Part shown: positions 1 to 12,785 of the stretch, piece by piece | Layout: every line of letters begins with the position of its first letter | Numbering within the stretch: the first letter of the stretch is position 1 | NCBI GenBank assembly: GCA_013265495.1 | Contig: MU058463.1 | Location: forward strand, 1,511,523 to 1,575,522 | Direction: 5' to 3' | Source: Vicugna vicugna | Lineage: Eukaryota | Length of the DNA: 64,000 bases | Notes under the pieces: generated by a model | What the model saw: only the letters and a program-made list of their open reading frames with translations | Databases searched by the model: none | Told to the model about the DNA's origin: nothing | Translations under genes and position numbers: made by a program

Positions 1-299
1 ACACTAGTTTTTCCCACCCTTATTATCAATAAACACCAAATGCTCCTTATGTGTTTTTTAATCCTGAAAAAAGCTTGCAAGGCTGCCCTCTCCCTGATTT
101 TTTCTTTGCACATCACCTCAAATTCTAGGAATGCATGTTTGGATATAATTATAACAAATTTTTAGCAGACTCAAAAGGATTTCATTACATTTTGCACGGA
201 GCTGATTTTAGGAGAATCCAATTTGTTTCCCATCCCTGAGGTAATGTAAGTAGACTTTGTAAAGTCTTTAGTATTTTGTTTTAACCAAGTCAAATAGTT

Positions 300-520
300 G
301 TTTCAGAAGAAGCTAATATAATCTTGAGCTTTATCAATAGAATATGACATCTGAAATGAGGAAGCCGAGAATCTCTCTCTGCTCCGCTTAGATCATGTTG
401 AAATACATGTCCATTCTTGGACTGTGCTTTCAGAGGAACATTGTTAAATCTGAGTTTTTCCAGAAAAGAGTGATATATTGATAAGGGAATTCAAAATCAT
501 AGTTGAGGAGAACTATAAAA
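300..520 (+). mobile_element. CR1/L3 LINE fragment (ancient)
   Basis: Degenerate match to the L3 3' ORF region (ttcttggactgtgctttcagaggaacattgttaaatctgag...ccagaaaagagtga), recognised from memory. Confidence 0.55.
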
Positions 521-853
521 TGAACTATCCCAAAGAACCTGGTAAGCCCTACTATTTTATATTCCTATCAATCAATTAAAGTTAGATTACAAACAATATT
601 TTTATAAGGTGTATTTAAAGTACATTGAAATAAGAAGCTCCGTGACTTCTCATTCAAGTTTGTTTACAAGTCAAAATCCATTGACCTAATAAATCAAGTT
701 TGAATTCAGAATCTAATTATATCATATAAAGTACATTTTATATCATACATATATAAAAGTGCACATTCCTCATTTATTTTTAGTAGAAATTATGATTTTT
801 TTCTTCCATCTATGACAGACAGAATTTTGCACTCTAATTATAGAAAAATGAAC

Positions 854-1047
854 TTTTTACAGGAGCTAGATTTTCTGTATTCTATGGGTGCCTAGATTCT
901 ACAAAGCAAAATGTATTTTTAGAATATAATTAGAAGAAAGGAATTTGATTATTTTTTACAAGAGCTCAGATTTTCTATAGTCTAAAGGTGCCTAGATTTT
1001 ACAAACCAAAATTTATTTTTACAGCATAATTAAAACAAATGAATTTT
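854..1047. repeat. Diverged tandem duplication, ~99 bp unit x2
   Basis: tttttacaggagctagattttctgtattctatgggtgcctagattctacaaagcaaaat (854) recurs as ttttttacaagagctcagattttctatagtctaaaggtgcctagattttacaaaccaaaat (952). Confidence 0.9.
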
Positions 1048-2037
1048 ATCATAAATGATAAAAATATTTAAACATCTCAAATAAGGAGTATGACAGTGGA
1101 GTTAGACTGATGACAGATTTGGAAGATCTTATCCAGAAAAAAACAAAAAACAAAAAACCAGACAGGGCTCAATTATGTACGTGTGATGAGAAGGACAGAT
1201 GTCAATGAAGACATTCTCCCCCATTTTTTTAAGCTAAGGTGAATGAACTGATGTTCTCAAAATTACTACATTCCACTAGAACTACTTGATATAGAGGGTT
1301 GAAAAGCCCCCTAAAGTTTCTCAGGGAGGACTTGCCAGTCCAGGGAAACACATTTTTTTCTTTGTGCCACCACACCATGCTCTTTTCTAGCAGAATATCT
1401 AGCCCCTTTCCTCAAAAACTGACCCTTTTCTCTGCAGCTGGAGTTCTACCTTCTGACACAGCCTGGCCATCTAAGGGTAGCACATACTGTCATAATGTTA
1501 ATCCACTTCAAGTTCTTCTAACCCAGACCCACTGCTTTCTCCTCCTCCTTGTGATGACTGCCATCACTTTAGAGGTCTTCATTGATCTGCCTTTTTCTTT
1601 GTCTCATATTTCTGTCATGATGCTCAATTACTTCTTCCTTTCATTTAGTTACCTAAACATTAGATACTGTTGTTACCTGTGTGGGTGAACAAAGTATAAA
1701 ACCACTTCCGCTACATCCATTTGATTACCAAATTTTCTTTGTTCTTACTTTATTTTCCTATTTTCCTTTAAAAGCTTTTACTACCACAACTAAGTAAGTG
1801 AATAACAGAATGACTATTACCTAAGAATAGGTATAGGTTTAATACCTACTGAGAAAAAATCCAAAAGTCTATAAGGAAATATCCTGAGCTTTTACTTAAA
1901 ACATTCATAACCATGTGCAGATATAAAATCAGTAGTGGGTAACTCTCTGTATTCATTAGATTTCTCACAGGTTGTGCTTAATTTCTTCTGTAATGCCTAA
2001 ATCTATTCCACAGCAATTCCAAACAAAAACAAATATT

Positions 2038-2262
2038 TTATATAAAACATATAGCAGTGTTAATTATATTTATCACGTTGTACATTATATCTCTAGTACT
2101 TACTTATCTAATAACTGGAAGTTAGTACCTTTTGAAAATTGTTAAGAGCATCCTGAGAGTCCTTATCACAAGGAAAAATATTTTTTTTATTTCTTTAATT
2201 TTCTATCTGTATGAGGTGATGGATGCTCACTAAACTTATTGTAGTAATTATTTCATAATGTA
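2038..2262. mobile_element. Old L1 3' UTR fragment with 5' inversion
   Basis: About 2038-2135 is L1 3' UTR on the minus strand (ataactggaagttagtaccttttga; compare 60283-60306). About 2135-2262 is the downstream 3' UTR on the plus strand (aattgttaagag...tcacaaggaaaa...gaggtgatggatg). Confidence 0.7.
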
Positions 2263-2699
2263 AAAGGCAAAAGATTTATGCAATCTGAATAGAAGCCAGA
2301 GTATACATTTCATAATGTATAAAAAATTTGAATAAACATTTCAAAGATTGTCTTTAAAAAGACAGAGACCAATTATCAGTTCTAGAACATTTCTATTTTT
2401 GCCTCTGGAAGAGACACAGAATTAATCATTCCTGCATGCATATACCCCTATTTTGAGGAACAGGACTCTGTTTGATCAAAGTCCTTATGAGAAAAATTAT
2501 CTCAAATCATTCCACTGTTATGTCTGTAGGCCAGGTCCTTGTCTTTTGATGTAATTTATTTTCTGTTTTCTTCTAAATAACTTAAAGCATTATGTGTTTG
2601 TCATTTTATGACTCTTTCTATTACCCACATAGGAGAGGAGTATGATAAAAGAGGAGGGTGAGTCATTGAGAGGCGAAACTGAAGTCCCTGCCCTAAACT

Positions 2700-3965
2700 T
2701 TCTCTTTTTCTCACTCCATACACTCTGCCCCAAGACTCTCCCAACACTCCTATGATTTTGATAACCATCTATATGCTGATAAGATAAATCTACATCTACA
2801 GCTCCAACTTTCCCCCTAAGCTTCAAACCCCTACCTTTAACTGCATTCAACCCATCTATCCCACAGGCATCTGAAAATCAGTTTGTCTAATATGTACCTG
2901 TTATCTTTTGCCACTAGTCTGTTCTCCTACTGTAATCCCTAAACCAGAAAATAGCTCCAGTTTCGACCTCATTGCCCAATCTGGTGACCTGTGTACGTTA
3001 TTAATCACCCCCAACTGCCCCCGCCCTGCGCACATACACACCCACTTCTCTTCACCTCTACTAGCACTTTCTTAATCCTAATCTACTCTTTTGCCTAAAC
3101 CCTCATGTTCTCCCAGTTTCCTAAATATGCACTCTGTTTCCTTCCAATCTATCAACCACATTACAGTATAATCTTTATTTTTATTGACATATAGTTGATT
3201 TATAATGTGTTAATTTCCGGTGTACAGTATAGTGATTCAGTTGTACATATATATGTATTTCTTTTCATATTCTTTTTCATTATAGGCTATTACAAGGCAT
3301 TGAATACAGTCCCCATGCTATACAGTAGGATCCTGTTGTTTATCTGTTTTATATATACTAGTCAGTACCTGCAAATCCCGAACTCCCAATTTATCCCTTC
3401 CCCATCCTCTTTTCCCCCGGTAACCGTAAGTTTGTTTTCTTCTATAGTGTACTATTTTCTCAGTAGTGTACAGGGCTTCAAAAGCACCATTTTGCTTTGA
3501 AAAATTCACATTTGAAAAATTTCAAACTCCTTGACTTGGTTTAATAACAGGTATATAATCAGAGCCCAGCTTTCCTTTGTCACCTGAACTCTGTTAACTG
3601 TCTCCCTACTAAGTTTGTCCCCCATCCACATAGATCCTTCTCTAGTTCCTTGGAATTACCACACACCCTCCAAGTCTGTCCATTCATATTGTCCCTGATG
3701 AAATATTCATCCTCCATTGTGCCCGCAACTAATCCTGAGTCATTCTTCAGGTTTCAACCTAGAGGTTTTCCTGCCGGAAGCTTGGACTGATTCCTTATCT
3801 TGGACTTCCATATCACCATACAAACTGCAATATTAGAACTGGTTTTACTTATGCAAATGTGGCCTGTACCCTCAGAAAGGACATAGACTGTGTCTGCCTT
3901 AGGGCTCAGAGTAGCCCCAGCACCCAGCAGCCAGAGTTCTCAGCCCTTAGTAGTTACTCAGCACA
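2700..3965 (+). mobile_element. L2 LINE fragments, interrupted by an L1
   Basis: L2 RT-region signature accatctatatgctgat (YAD) at ~2764, followed by typical degenerate L2 3' sequence. Confidence 0.7.
3173..3445 (-). mobile_element. 5'-truncated L1 3' end (cetartiodactyl type)
   Basis: T-rich tail, then tttattgacatatagttgatttataatg...tacagtaggatcctgttg...ggtaaccgtaagtttg; homologous to 40130-40390 in reverse. Confidence 0.92.
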
Positions 3966-4826
3966 TTTGGGTCAAATCGATGACATTTTTAGGGGAGATC
4001 AAGTCCAGAACATGAGTTTTAGTCATGACCATTACCATTTAATTAGGTCAAGGGTAAAATAAAGCAGGTACCAAAATCAGACGCTGTTTTTAAAGATTTA
4101 GGAAACAGATTTTCAAAATGGCTTTATATGGTTTTCAACTGTCCTCCCTCAATGACTTAGAAAGCCAGATCCTAGGTGATAGAAGGCCTTTCCACATCAG
4201 AATGGAGTAAAAGCCAGACTATCTACAAACAATGTCCTCCACTTCCTTATTTATCGTTATCCCCAATCTTAAGAGACATTAAATTAAATGTTTATTAAAT
4301 CCTCATTCTTTCTGTTAATTAACAGGTTGGTTTGTTATTGTTATTCCTGCTCAGGCTCTTTGCCTCATAACGACAGACTGACTCAGCCTTCCACCTCTGG
4401 AGATCTGGAAGCAGTTTACTGGCACAGAGCCAGAGTGATCCTTATTCACTTGACATAAACAGCAGTAGCTGTGTGATTTACAATTGTGCTAGTGCTAATT
4501 TACTAATGCAATTGGCTGGGTGGATTTAACTTTCCCAAGAAAATACTGAGTCTGGTCTAAGAGTCAAGCTCACTATCATCTCATATCAGCAAGCCGTATT
4601 TCAAACCCCGCCTTCCTCTAACATCCCAATTTGGATAGATGTGATTCAAAGCAACACATTAAAGTGAAGGACAGAACACTGGCTCTGTGGTGATGAAAGG
4701 ATTTTCATTTTAGTTTTTCTATCTAGCTCTTTCATTTACAAGATGTTTATAACTTATAATAAACTGATTTTCATGGCTTCTTTCTTCTCAGACAGATAAA
4801 TATGGATATAAAGATACAGATATGGA

Positions 4827-4948
4827 GGGGGGAAGGTATAGCTCAAGTGGTAGAGTGCATGCTTAGCACGCACGAGGTCCCGGATTCAATCCCCAGCATC
4901 TCCCCCGAATAAAAATAAATGAATAAACCTAATTCCCTAGGAAAAAAA
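4827..4948 (+). mobile_element. tRNA-Ala(AGC)-derived SINE (Vic-1-like, camelid)
   Basis: ggtatagctcaagtggtagagtgcatgcttagcacgcacgaggtcccggattcaatccccagcatctcc has Pol III A/B boxes and tRNA-Ala similarity. It is followed by an A-rich tail and aaacctaatt. Confidence 0.88.
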
Positions 4949-6179
4949 TGATACTGCTGTAGGGATATGGAGATGAGTATAAATGTAGATGGAAGTATAG
5001 ATATGGATACATAGAAAAATAGCTAAAGAGAAGGTATAACTGTAGATATAATGTTTTGTTTTTCTTTTCATCAATTTCTCTAAATTGTCATGGTGTTTAA
5101 TGGTAAGCTTTACTTATATTTACCGATGAACTTTTTCTTTTTAAAGTTAATATTAATATTTTAAAACCTTACTCCTTTGGGGATTCATATTTTTAACTCA
5201 TTATACTGATAAAAATAAGAAAATGTGACATTCTTGCTTTTGAGGTAATGGTTTCTAAAAATGGTATCTTTTTTAATATGGTCTACGCCTTAAATTTGTT
5301 TGTTTTTTCCTTCAGAAATAAAAGGAGAATCTGAAGTTCCTTTCTGTAATGTTCACTTACACATAAAGAGAAGTAAATATATATTTTAGTGACCTGGACT
5401 TTCAGAACAGCTCATTAGCGCCAGTTAGCATGTAATAGATATTTTGGCTAAAGAGGTTTATGGGTTTTACAAATAATTTCTTCTTCTCACACACCAAATT
5501 TAACAGTTTTATAGCCCTTTACAACTTCCACCCCCATTCATTCACCTCGTCATTCTACCAAGAGCCAAAGTTTAATGATTTTTGTTGCCTCTAGCACTGT
5601 ATACATGTTCAGAAATGATGCTCCCCAAACTCTGATTAAATGCCAACCTTTACTGATGAAAAACAGGTCCACTGAGTAAGTAACAATGATGAGTGAGATT
5701 TCATGCTGTTTTACTGCCAACAGACCATCAGAAACGGAGTGCAGTTCATACGAAAACAGTCCTCCTCCAAACAAGTCAGGATGGCTGGCAGCCTTGGTAA
5801 ACACGTAAATGAACTTGATAACCCTCTCTGTTTGGAGAATTCATGTTAAATACTCTCCCACTTGCTTTATTTGGCTTGGTTTTAAATGTCAGGGGATTTG
5901 CAAAGAGGCCCTTAGCTTCTAAACTTTTAAATTAACTAAATATATACTACAATGGCTAACGAGGACCTGAAGTATGATAGACAAAGACTCTCGAAGAAAC
6001 ATCGAAAACATACAAGGGAATCTAGTGTTTTACCAAGAATACTGTGTAAAGTAGCTAAAAGGAAATATTATTAGGTTTCTACAACTACTGGGTACTACCA
6101 TCCTAAAAACAAAGAATTCATATCATGAAGAGTTCTTGTATCTTATAAGTATTATATCTTACAAGGTATAATGATGTGG

Positions 6180-6400
6180 TATTAAATAATATTTATTGAT
6201 CACCTAGCATTCTGTATTCTTTACATATATGAATTCATGTAACCTTTATAATTTTTTAGAGTAAAGACTACTACTCACATTTTATAGATATGGACACTGA
6301 AGATCAAGGAGATTAAATACCTTGCCCAAGGTCACATATAAGCTTTGGCTATAGACCCAGAGTTCATGGTGTATTGGATCCAAACTCACTCACTATGCAA
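6180..6400 (-). mobile_element. MIR SINE
   Basis: MIR core in reverse: cattttatagatatggacactgaagatcaaggagattaaataccttgcccaaggtcaca. Confidence 0.85.
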
Positions 6401-7113
6401 TATATATTGACACATGCATGCACATGCACACACGGTTTATATTTTATTAATTCCTTTTAAAACTTCAACCATTACTTATATTATGCATTCTATTGTAAAT
6501 AAAACAAGGGGCAAGACTAAGTGATTTATAGGCCAATTGATGAAAAATGACCATGCCATACACATTTAGTTGCCCCCTTCAAGGCTGAGTTGGTTTTAGA
6601 CAAAATGAGGCAACAAAATTATGAATGTGAGCCTTCGTAAACTTCATTTTGCATATCGATTCTCACCACTTATCCTCCAGAAGCTGCATTTACTTCTTTA
6701 ATCTTCTGAGTGTCAAGACATCCTTTATGATGATGCAACACCACTGGGTTGGACAATAAGCCAGACTTGGTGACGTCTTTATGTAACTGTCCAACAATAC
6801 ATTCTATTAGTCTCATTCTCTGTGGTCATTCTCTCATGTCTTCTTAGGAATTTTTCCCATTTATTAAAACTCAAGAAACGTCTATTTTTCCCAATAAGAA
6901 GAAGGTCTGTTGCCTAACTAAGACTTTTTCTGAGTTTTCTACAATGCTAATGATAATAGCAAAGCATGTGGGTCAATGTTTTCCTTTGCCTAAAAATCTG
7001 CTATTTTCTCTTACTTAATGTTCTCTCTAATGTCTAAATTTTGTCTGTCCCTCTTTCTTCTAAGTAGCTTTTATATTCAATACCTAACTGACTCTGATTC
7101 GGCTTTACCTCTT

Positions 7114-7189
7114 ACAAATGAGCAAAAGACCAAATTAAGCAATTCTCCAAAAAAGACATACAAATGGCCAATAGGCACATGAAAAAATG
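7114..7189 (+). mobile_element. Isolated internal L1 ORF2 fragment
   Basis: acaaatgagcaaaagac...gacatacaaatggccaataggcacatgaaaaaatg matches L1 ORF2 (reverse of ~28280-28350). Confidence 0.85.
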
Positions 7190-7556
7190 GAAGTGGTCTG
7201 GACCTAGTCATGGTAGTGGACTGACTAGCATTCTTCTATATTTCTAAACTTATGGAAGAGTTGGTAGAAAAGAGAATAACATGTTTACTTTGAGTGGACC
7301 AGGGTAAGCAAAGAAAGAGCTGTGATCATATATTTTGCTATTTTGTGAACACAAAGAAATGAACGAAGCATCTTGAACATTGACAAAATATGCATAACCT
7401 AGGAGAATTGAATGTTTTATAATAATGGAGGCAGTAAAACGGAGCACACGACTTTTCAAGAAGCATGGTGGGTATCGTAAGTCACCTGCTTAGTTAAGAA
7501 TATGACTCTTAAAATCCACACAAGTGAAGGAATTATATTTAAAAGTAATGGAAATG

Positions 7557-7638
7557 GACTGGGATATTGTGCTGTACACCAGAGACAGACACATTGTAAT
7601 TGACTGTACTTCAATAACAAATTAAATTAAATTAAATT
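7557..7638 (+). mobile_element. Very short L1 3' end with 15-bp TSD
   Basis: gctgtacaccagagacagacacattgtaattgactgtacttcaata plus an (AAATT)n tail. TSD aaagtaat(g/a)gaaatg at 7542-7556 and 7639-7653. Confidence 0.9.
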
Positions 7639-8239
7639 AAAGTAATAGAAATGTGAAGACCAAAAATTACTCCTCAAACCAGGGAGAGGGAGGCAAGAGA
7701 GAATCTCAAGGTAGCAATGGAAAGACAATATGACTTACAATGATTATTTTCATTTATTATCAAAGATACTACTTTAAGAACCTTTTTTTCCCAGTAGAGT
7801 ACTTTATCTGGGTTAAGTACAAGCTTTGGAAAGCACAGAAACACACAAATGGGTGATTTAAAATGGTACTTTCCCTCAAGTCTCCTGGAGAATCGTTTCC
7901 TAACAAATGGAATATTTCTTTTGTCTCAGAGCTTTTTATTTTAAATTAAATTGAGAACAAATTGCACATTACCTCTTCATAGTATTACTGCACTTAAGGC
8001 AACAGGAAATCCTATAATATGATTCCTTTTCAAGGAAGTTAAATAGAACCCTTATTTCAGCAATCATATCAATTTCTGTACCATTTGTAAAATTGATTCT
8101 GACCTTATCAGCCTTAATCATCTTCTTCAGATCTGGATCAGTAAATTCAATTCTTAATGCTGTTGAAGAGTTTAAGCCAAACTTTCATAAACCTGGCCAT
8201 TTGTTTGCCTTGGCTTTTATAAGCAGGAGGAAAAATTTA

Positions 8240-8360
8240 CCTATCTATCTATCTATCTATAAACTATATGCTATGCTATATGTTAATACTAGTATGTATT
8301 ATACTGTACTTTATATCATATGTTATACTATATATTACATACTATCATATGTTAATACCT
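8240..8360. repeat. (TATC)n and AT-rich low-complexity sequence
   Basis: ctatctatctatctatctat followed by tatgc/tatac-type repeats. Confidence 0.8.
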
Positions 8361-8582
8361 AGTAGGGCTTTATTATATATGATTTATGTATAACTTATCC
8401 CCTAGCCTTATCTGATTATTCTACTTTGTTTTCTCTTTTACTAGTTTTTTATCTTATTGTTTTACATGTAGTTTTAAGAGTCATTTTGTTTTGAACCAAA
8501 GTGGACTCCAAACAAATAGGTAGCAAGGACTTAGCACCATTAAAAAAATAAAATAAAAACAAGGACTTTGTTTCTTAAATAT

Positions 8583-8617
8583 ACACACACAGACATGAAC
8601 ACACACACACACACACA
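8583..8617. repeat. (CA)n microsatellite
   Basis: Directly visible CA run. Confidence 0.9.
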
Positions 8618-9049
8618 TTTGCTGCCTTGTGAAACAATACTTCCTTGCTTTTGAGGTCTATAATATATATAGCTTGTGATTATATAGATTGTCATAATGC
8701 TTGAAAGAACTGATAGGTGAAAACATTACATTATGTATGTTATGTTCATGTTATTATTTTTTTTAATTCTTTGTTTAGATCACACCTTGCTCCAAAACAA
8801 AGACTCTACTAGATACTAAGACACAATCCATAACCAAAATGTATCTATTTAAAGATGTGTATCTTTCTTAGGATTCTATCTTTAGAAAATATTTCAGTGT
8901 TGTTTTAAATCAATAGGAATGAAAAAACACTTTAAAGGACATCCTTAAAACTATACTCAGTGAGTTTCTACTCATTGAAGACAATCCTTATTTTCAGTAA
9001 ATAATCATTCTCTGTAACACATCTATAAGGGGAAGAATTTGGGGCTTTT

Positions 9050-10200
9050 TCCCCTATATATTTTTCTCTAAAACCTGGTTTAGATGCATCCTATAAATTT
9101 TGATATATAGTGCTGCTGTTTTCATTCAGTTTATAATATTTTCTAAATTCTCTTATGATTTCTTCCTTAATCCATGGATTATACAGAAGCATGTTGCTTA
9201 ATTTCCAAATAATATGGAGTTTTCTAGATATGTTATTGTTATGGATGCCTAGTTTAATGCTACTGTGGCCAGAGACCATACTCAGTATGATTTCAATACT
9301 TTGATGATTCTTATTGAGATAATTTTATGGTCCATTTTTGGTCGAAATGGGTGAATATCCAATGGGTGTTTGAAAAGAATGTGTATTTTACAGTTGTTTA
9401 GAAAAGTGTTCTACAAATGTCAGCTAGATCAAGGTGGTCGATAGTGTTGCTCACATCTTTAACATCCTTACTGAGTTTTCTTCCCAGCGTTCTATCAGTT
9501 GCTGAGAGGGGTCCCAAAATCTCCATCACAAAAAACTTTCTTTTTCCTGTTTAGTTCTGTCGGTATCTGTTTCATGCATTTTAAAACTGTTATTAGGTCC
9601 AAATATATTTAGAGTTATTATGACTTATTAAGCATTTTATCAATATTAACTGTTCATTATGATGTCCTGTAATATTTTATGCTAAAAATCACCTTCTTCT
9701 GATAGTAGTATAGTCTTCCTCGCTGTTTTCCTTGTATAGTATGCATTTTTCAAACTTTTACATTCAGTCTGTCTGAGTCATTATACTCAGGTGTTTAATT
9801 TTAAACAGCATACAGTTAAGGTATTGCTTTTTAATCCATTTTGACAATCTCTATTTTTCATTTGGCAATTATTCCTTTCCTGTTGCATATAATCATTGTT
9901 CTATATTGGTTTAATTCTACTATCTTTATATTTCTTCTCAATTTAGCCCATTTGTTGTTCCTCTGTTTTAACTTTCCTTATTTCTTCTCTGTGAATCAAG
10001 TATTTTTAATTTAATATTTTATTTTATATTTTCTTTTGTTATATTAACAAAACATCTTTTGATATTTAATCTAATGCATGTTTCAGTTATCCATCTACCT
10101 ACAAATAATCTGAGTACTTTGCAAATAACATAAGAACCTTAGAATAACATTATATTTCATTTATTCCACTCTTGACCTTTGTGTTCTGATTAACATATTT
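9050..10200 (-). mobile_element. Old L1M fragment (ORF2 endonuclease region and upstream)
   Basis: Minus ORF 9091-9279 reads WKLSNMLLYNPWIKEEIIREFRKYYKLNEN...YQNL, matching L1 ORF2 just after the EN domain. Confidence 0.9.
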
Positions 10201-10309
10201 GGATTTTAAACCCCAGACTGTTCCATGAATCAGAAACAAATTTTTATTTTGTTTGAGGTTGTTATACATTTGGGGCTCTACTTGTTCCCACAGCTCAGTC
10301 TAGCACACC

Positions 10310-11240
10310 TATCAAATATGGCCATGAAAATACATCCTGATTCTAACCAAGCCTCACTTTCTCCATCTCTACCTTTTTGGTCTAAGACACTATTATCTCT
10401 TGCCTGGACTTCTACAATAGCTTTCTACATTATATCTGGCTTCCCATTTCTTCCACTTCCCTAGTCTATCCTTCTGGTATCTTAAATCAGTAAATCAGAT
10501 TGGGTCACACATATCCCTTGCCCATTGCATAAAACCCTCCAGTAGCTTTCCATAACACATAGAGTAGAGACCTAAATCCTCACTGTCATGGATGAAATTT
10601 GAAACACTTAATAAGTAATGCAATAGCACTGACCACTCTCCCCTTTACTGATGAATCAATCCTATGGAAGGATCAGGGCATTTGCTAAGGCAAGGAGATC
10701 ATAAGGGGCTCTGAGTAGCAGCTATTTTCTCAACAGTGTAGAAGTGTTTCCATATTTAAATAATGAGTTTGTTTGTACCAATGCAAACAGGCTGAACTTG
10801 CCATGGTTCACTAGGTCCAGTACCTTCTGGTTCAGATTTCCTCTTTGACCTCGTATTCTACCCCTCCTCTCTCTCTCTCTATGCTTCTCAGTAGATGTGG
10901 AAAGCACACATACCTTCGGGCTTTTGCACTTGCTATTTCTTCTTCTGGGAAGCTTACATTGTACGCTGACTCATTTCATAAATATTATGTTCAAAGGTCA
11001 CCTCAGAGAAAATGCCTTTGACCATCCTGGCTAGAGGGGCATCTCCTTCACTCTCTAAACCCTTATCCTGCTTTATTTTTCTTCATAGCCCATACCACTT
11101 TCTGATATTATTTAATGTTCTCATTTGTTTTTGCTGCTTCTCCCACTGAACTGTAAAGTTGGGGACACGGTGTGTCTTGCTTACCATGGAATCACGAGTG
11201 TCTATAATAGCTCTGATAGGTGATCAGAAGTACTTATGTA
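10310..11240 (+). mobile_element. L2 3' region, with an unclassified insert at ~10590-10830
   Basis: Typical L2 phrases: tctcttgcctggacttctacaatagc, gggcttttgcacttgctatt, ctcccactgaactgtaaag. Confidence 0.75.
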
Positions 11241-12599
11241 CAATAGATACAAACACTAGAAATGATTCAAGGATGATCTATGACTAACACGTTACACTGA
11301 CAATGGGTAAAATGCTTTATCAATGTGAGAGAGGAGGATTCCTTAGAGACATAATTTTGTCCAAGGCATAATGAAAAAGTTCAGAGCCACAAAGACTAGT
11401 CGAAAAATCAGCAATCAAGATCAAAGCTAAGGCAGTTATGGAGAAACTGGGTCCATAAACATACAAAATTTATAAAAATTCAATAGGAAGCATTTGGAAG
11501 CTCCTAGGCACTCTTCCAAAATAATCTTTTAAAAGTTTGTGTTGAGGATGAAGGCATAAAAGATCTTTATAACTGATGGAGAACATATAGTATATAGTGT
11601 TGCAAAATAATACATTTAGGACAAAATTTCATAGCATATGTTCAACATGAGCATTTTCATATGTGCCTTTTAAAATTTCTTACTCTGGTATTAATTTGGG
11701 GAAAAGGTAAAACTGAGGCTCAATATATAAAGTAGGATACATTTGAAAATAACATGGTGTAGCCTTGTAGATTTGCTAAACAATTTCCCAAGCCTGCTAA
11801 TATATACTCCTACTGCCTCAAGACAGCATTATACAAGTTTAAGAATAACCTTTTTATAATTCATTGAGCATGAACTAGTATTAAAAATGTACAAATGTAC
11901 TCTCCGTTGAGATACATCATCTTGACAGTTGCTAGTGAAATGATGTAAGTATTATGTAGACAGTATTAATAATCAAAATATAAATTTTCAGGTCTTAGCC
12001 ACTGTATATCTACATGCTTTAATCTAATGTGTTTAATAAGATTGATCATTAAGATTAACAGTAAAGTTGATTCACTTTAAAGTATGGATTTTTCTGGTAT
12101 CACTAGTTAAATTTATGATCAATTTATCTGAGGGTATATACAACTTTAAAAAGTTACTAGAGTACTAAGGAGTATGTTTTTCCTATGATCGTTTAAAAAA
12201 TAATGTCAAATCATGGCTTTCAATGCCATGATTACTGGAGGAACTATGATGAGAAAAAATATATAATACAGATAAAGATAATTGCTAACATTTATAGAAA
12301 AGTGAGGATTTCCCCAGTTCAGAAATGTCTCCTAAAATTTAAAATTTGGGCAGAGACAAAGAACAAAGAGTCTCTGCAACTTAGCTCAGGCCATGGGGCA
12401 GGATGGAGAGAAGCTTTGGTTTGGGAATGCAATGGCCAAGGAAGGTTATACACCGAGTCTTCACGCTGAGCAAAAGATGGAGTGAAAGGCCCTTCCAAGG
12501 ACTAGATCCCTCCCAAAGAATGCCAGTCCACTTGTCATGTTCAATGAGCGAGATCCCACAACCACTCAATAGGCAGAAAACTATTTCTCAGAGAAAAAT

Positions 12600-12785
12600 G
12601 GAGAATCTTACTCCCAAATATTTTTTAATGTATAAATATTTACGAAAAGGAAAAATGAAATGCTTAGAAAGATATACACCAAAATCATTAAATGATTACT
12701 TCTGATTTATCTGTGTGTATGTGCCTCTTTGTACTTTCCTAATACTTTCCAAATACTTTATATTAAAGTGAATGTTATTTCAAAC
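12600..12785 (+). mobile_element. L1ME-type 3' end
   Basis: gaaagatatacaccaaaat...tttccaaatactttatattaaagtgaatgttattt. Confidence 0.55.

Noticed and set aside
166..240. Plus-strand 75-nt exon (QTQKDFITFCTELILGESNLFPIPE)
   Set aside because: Poor pyrimidine tract and an unrecognised peptide; indistinguishable from chance.
4827..4905. Functional tRNA-Ala gene
   Set aside because: Stem mismatches, an A-rich SINE tail and no oligo-T terminator.
5316..5345. Plus-strand 30-nt exon after a strong acceptor
   Set aside because: Weak donor (TCT|gtaatg), no supporting partner exons and no recognisable peptide.
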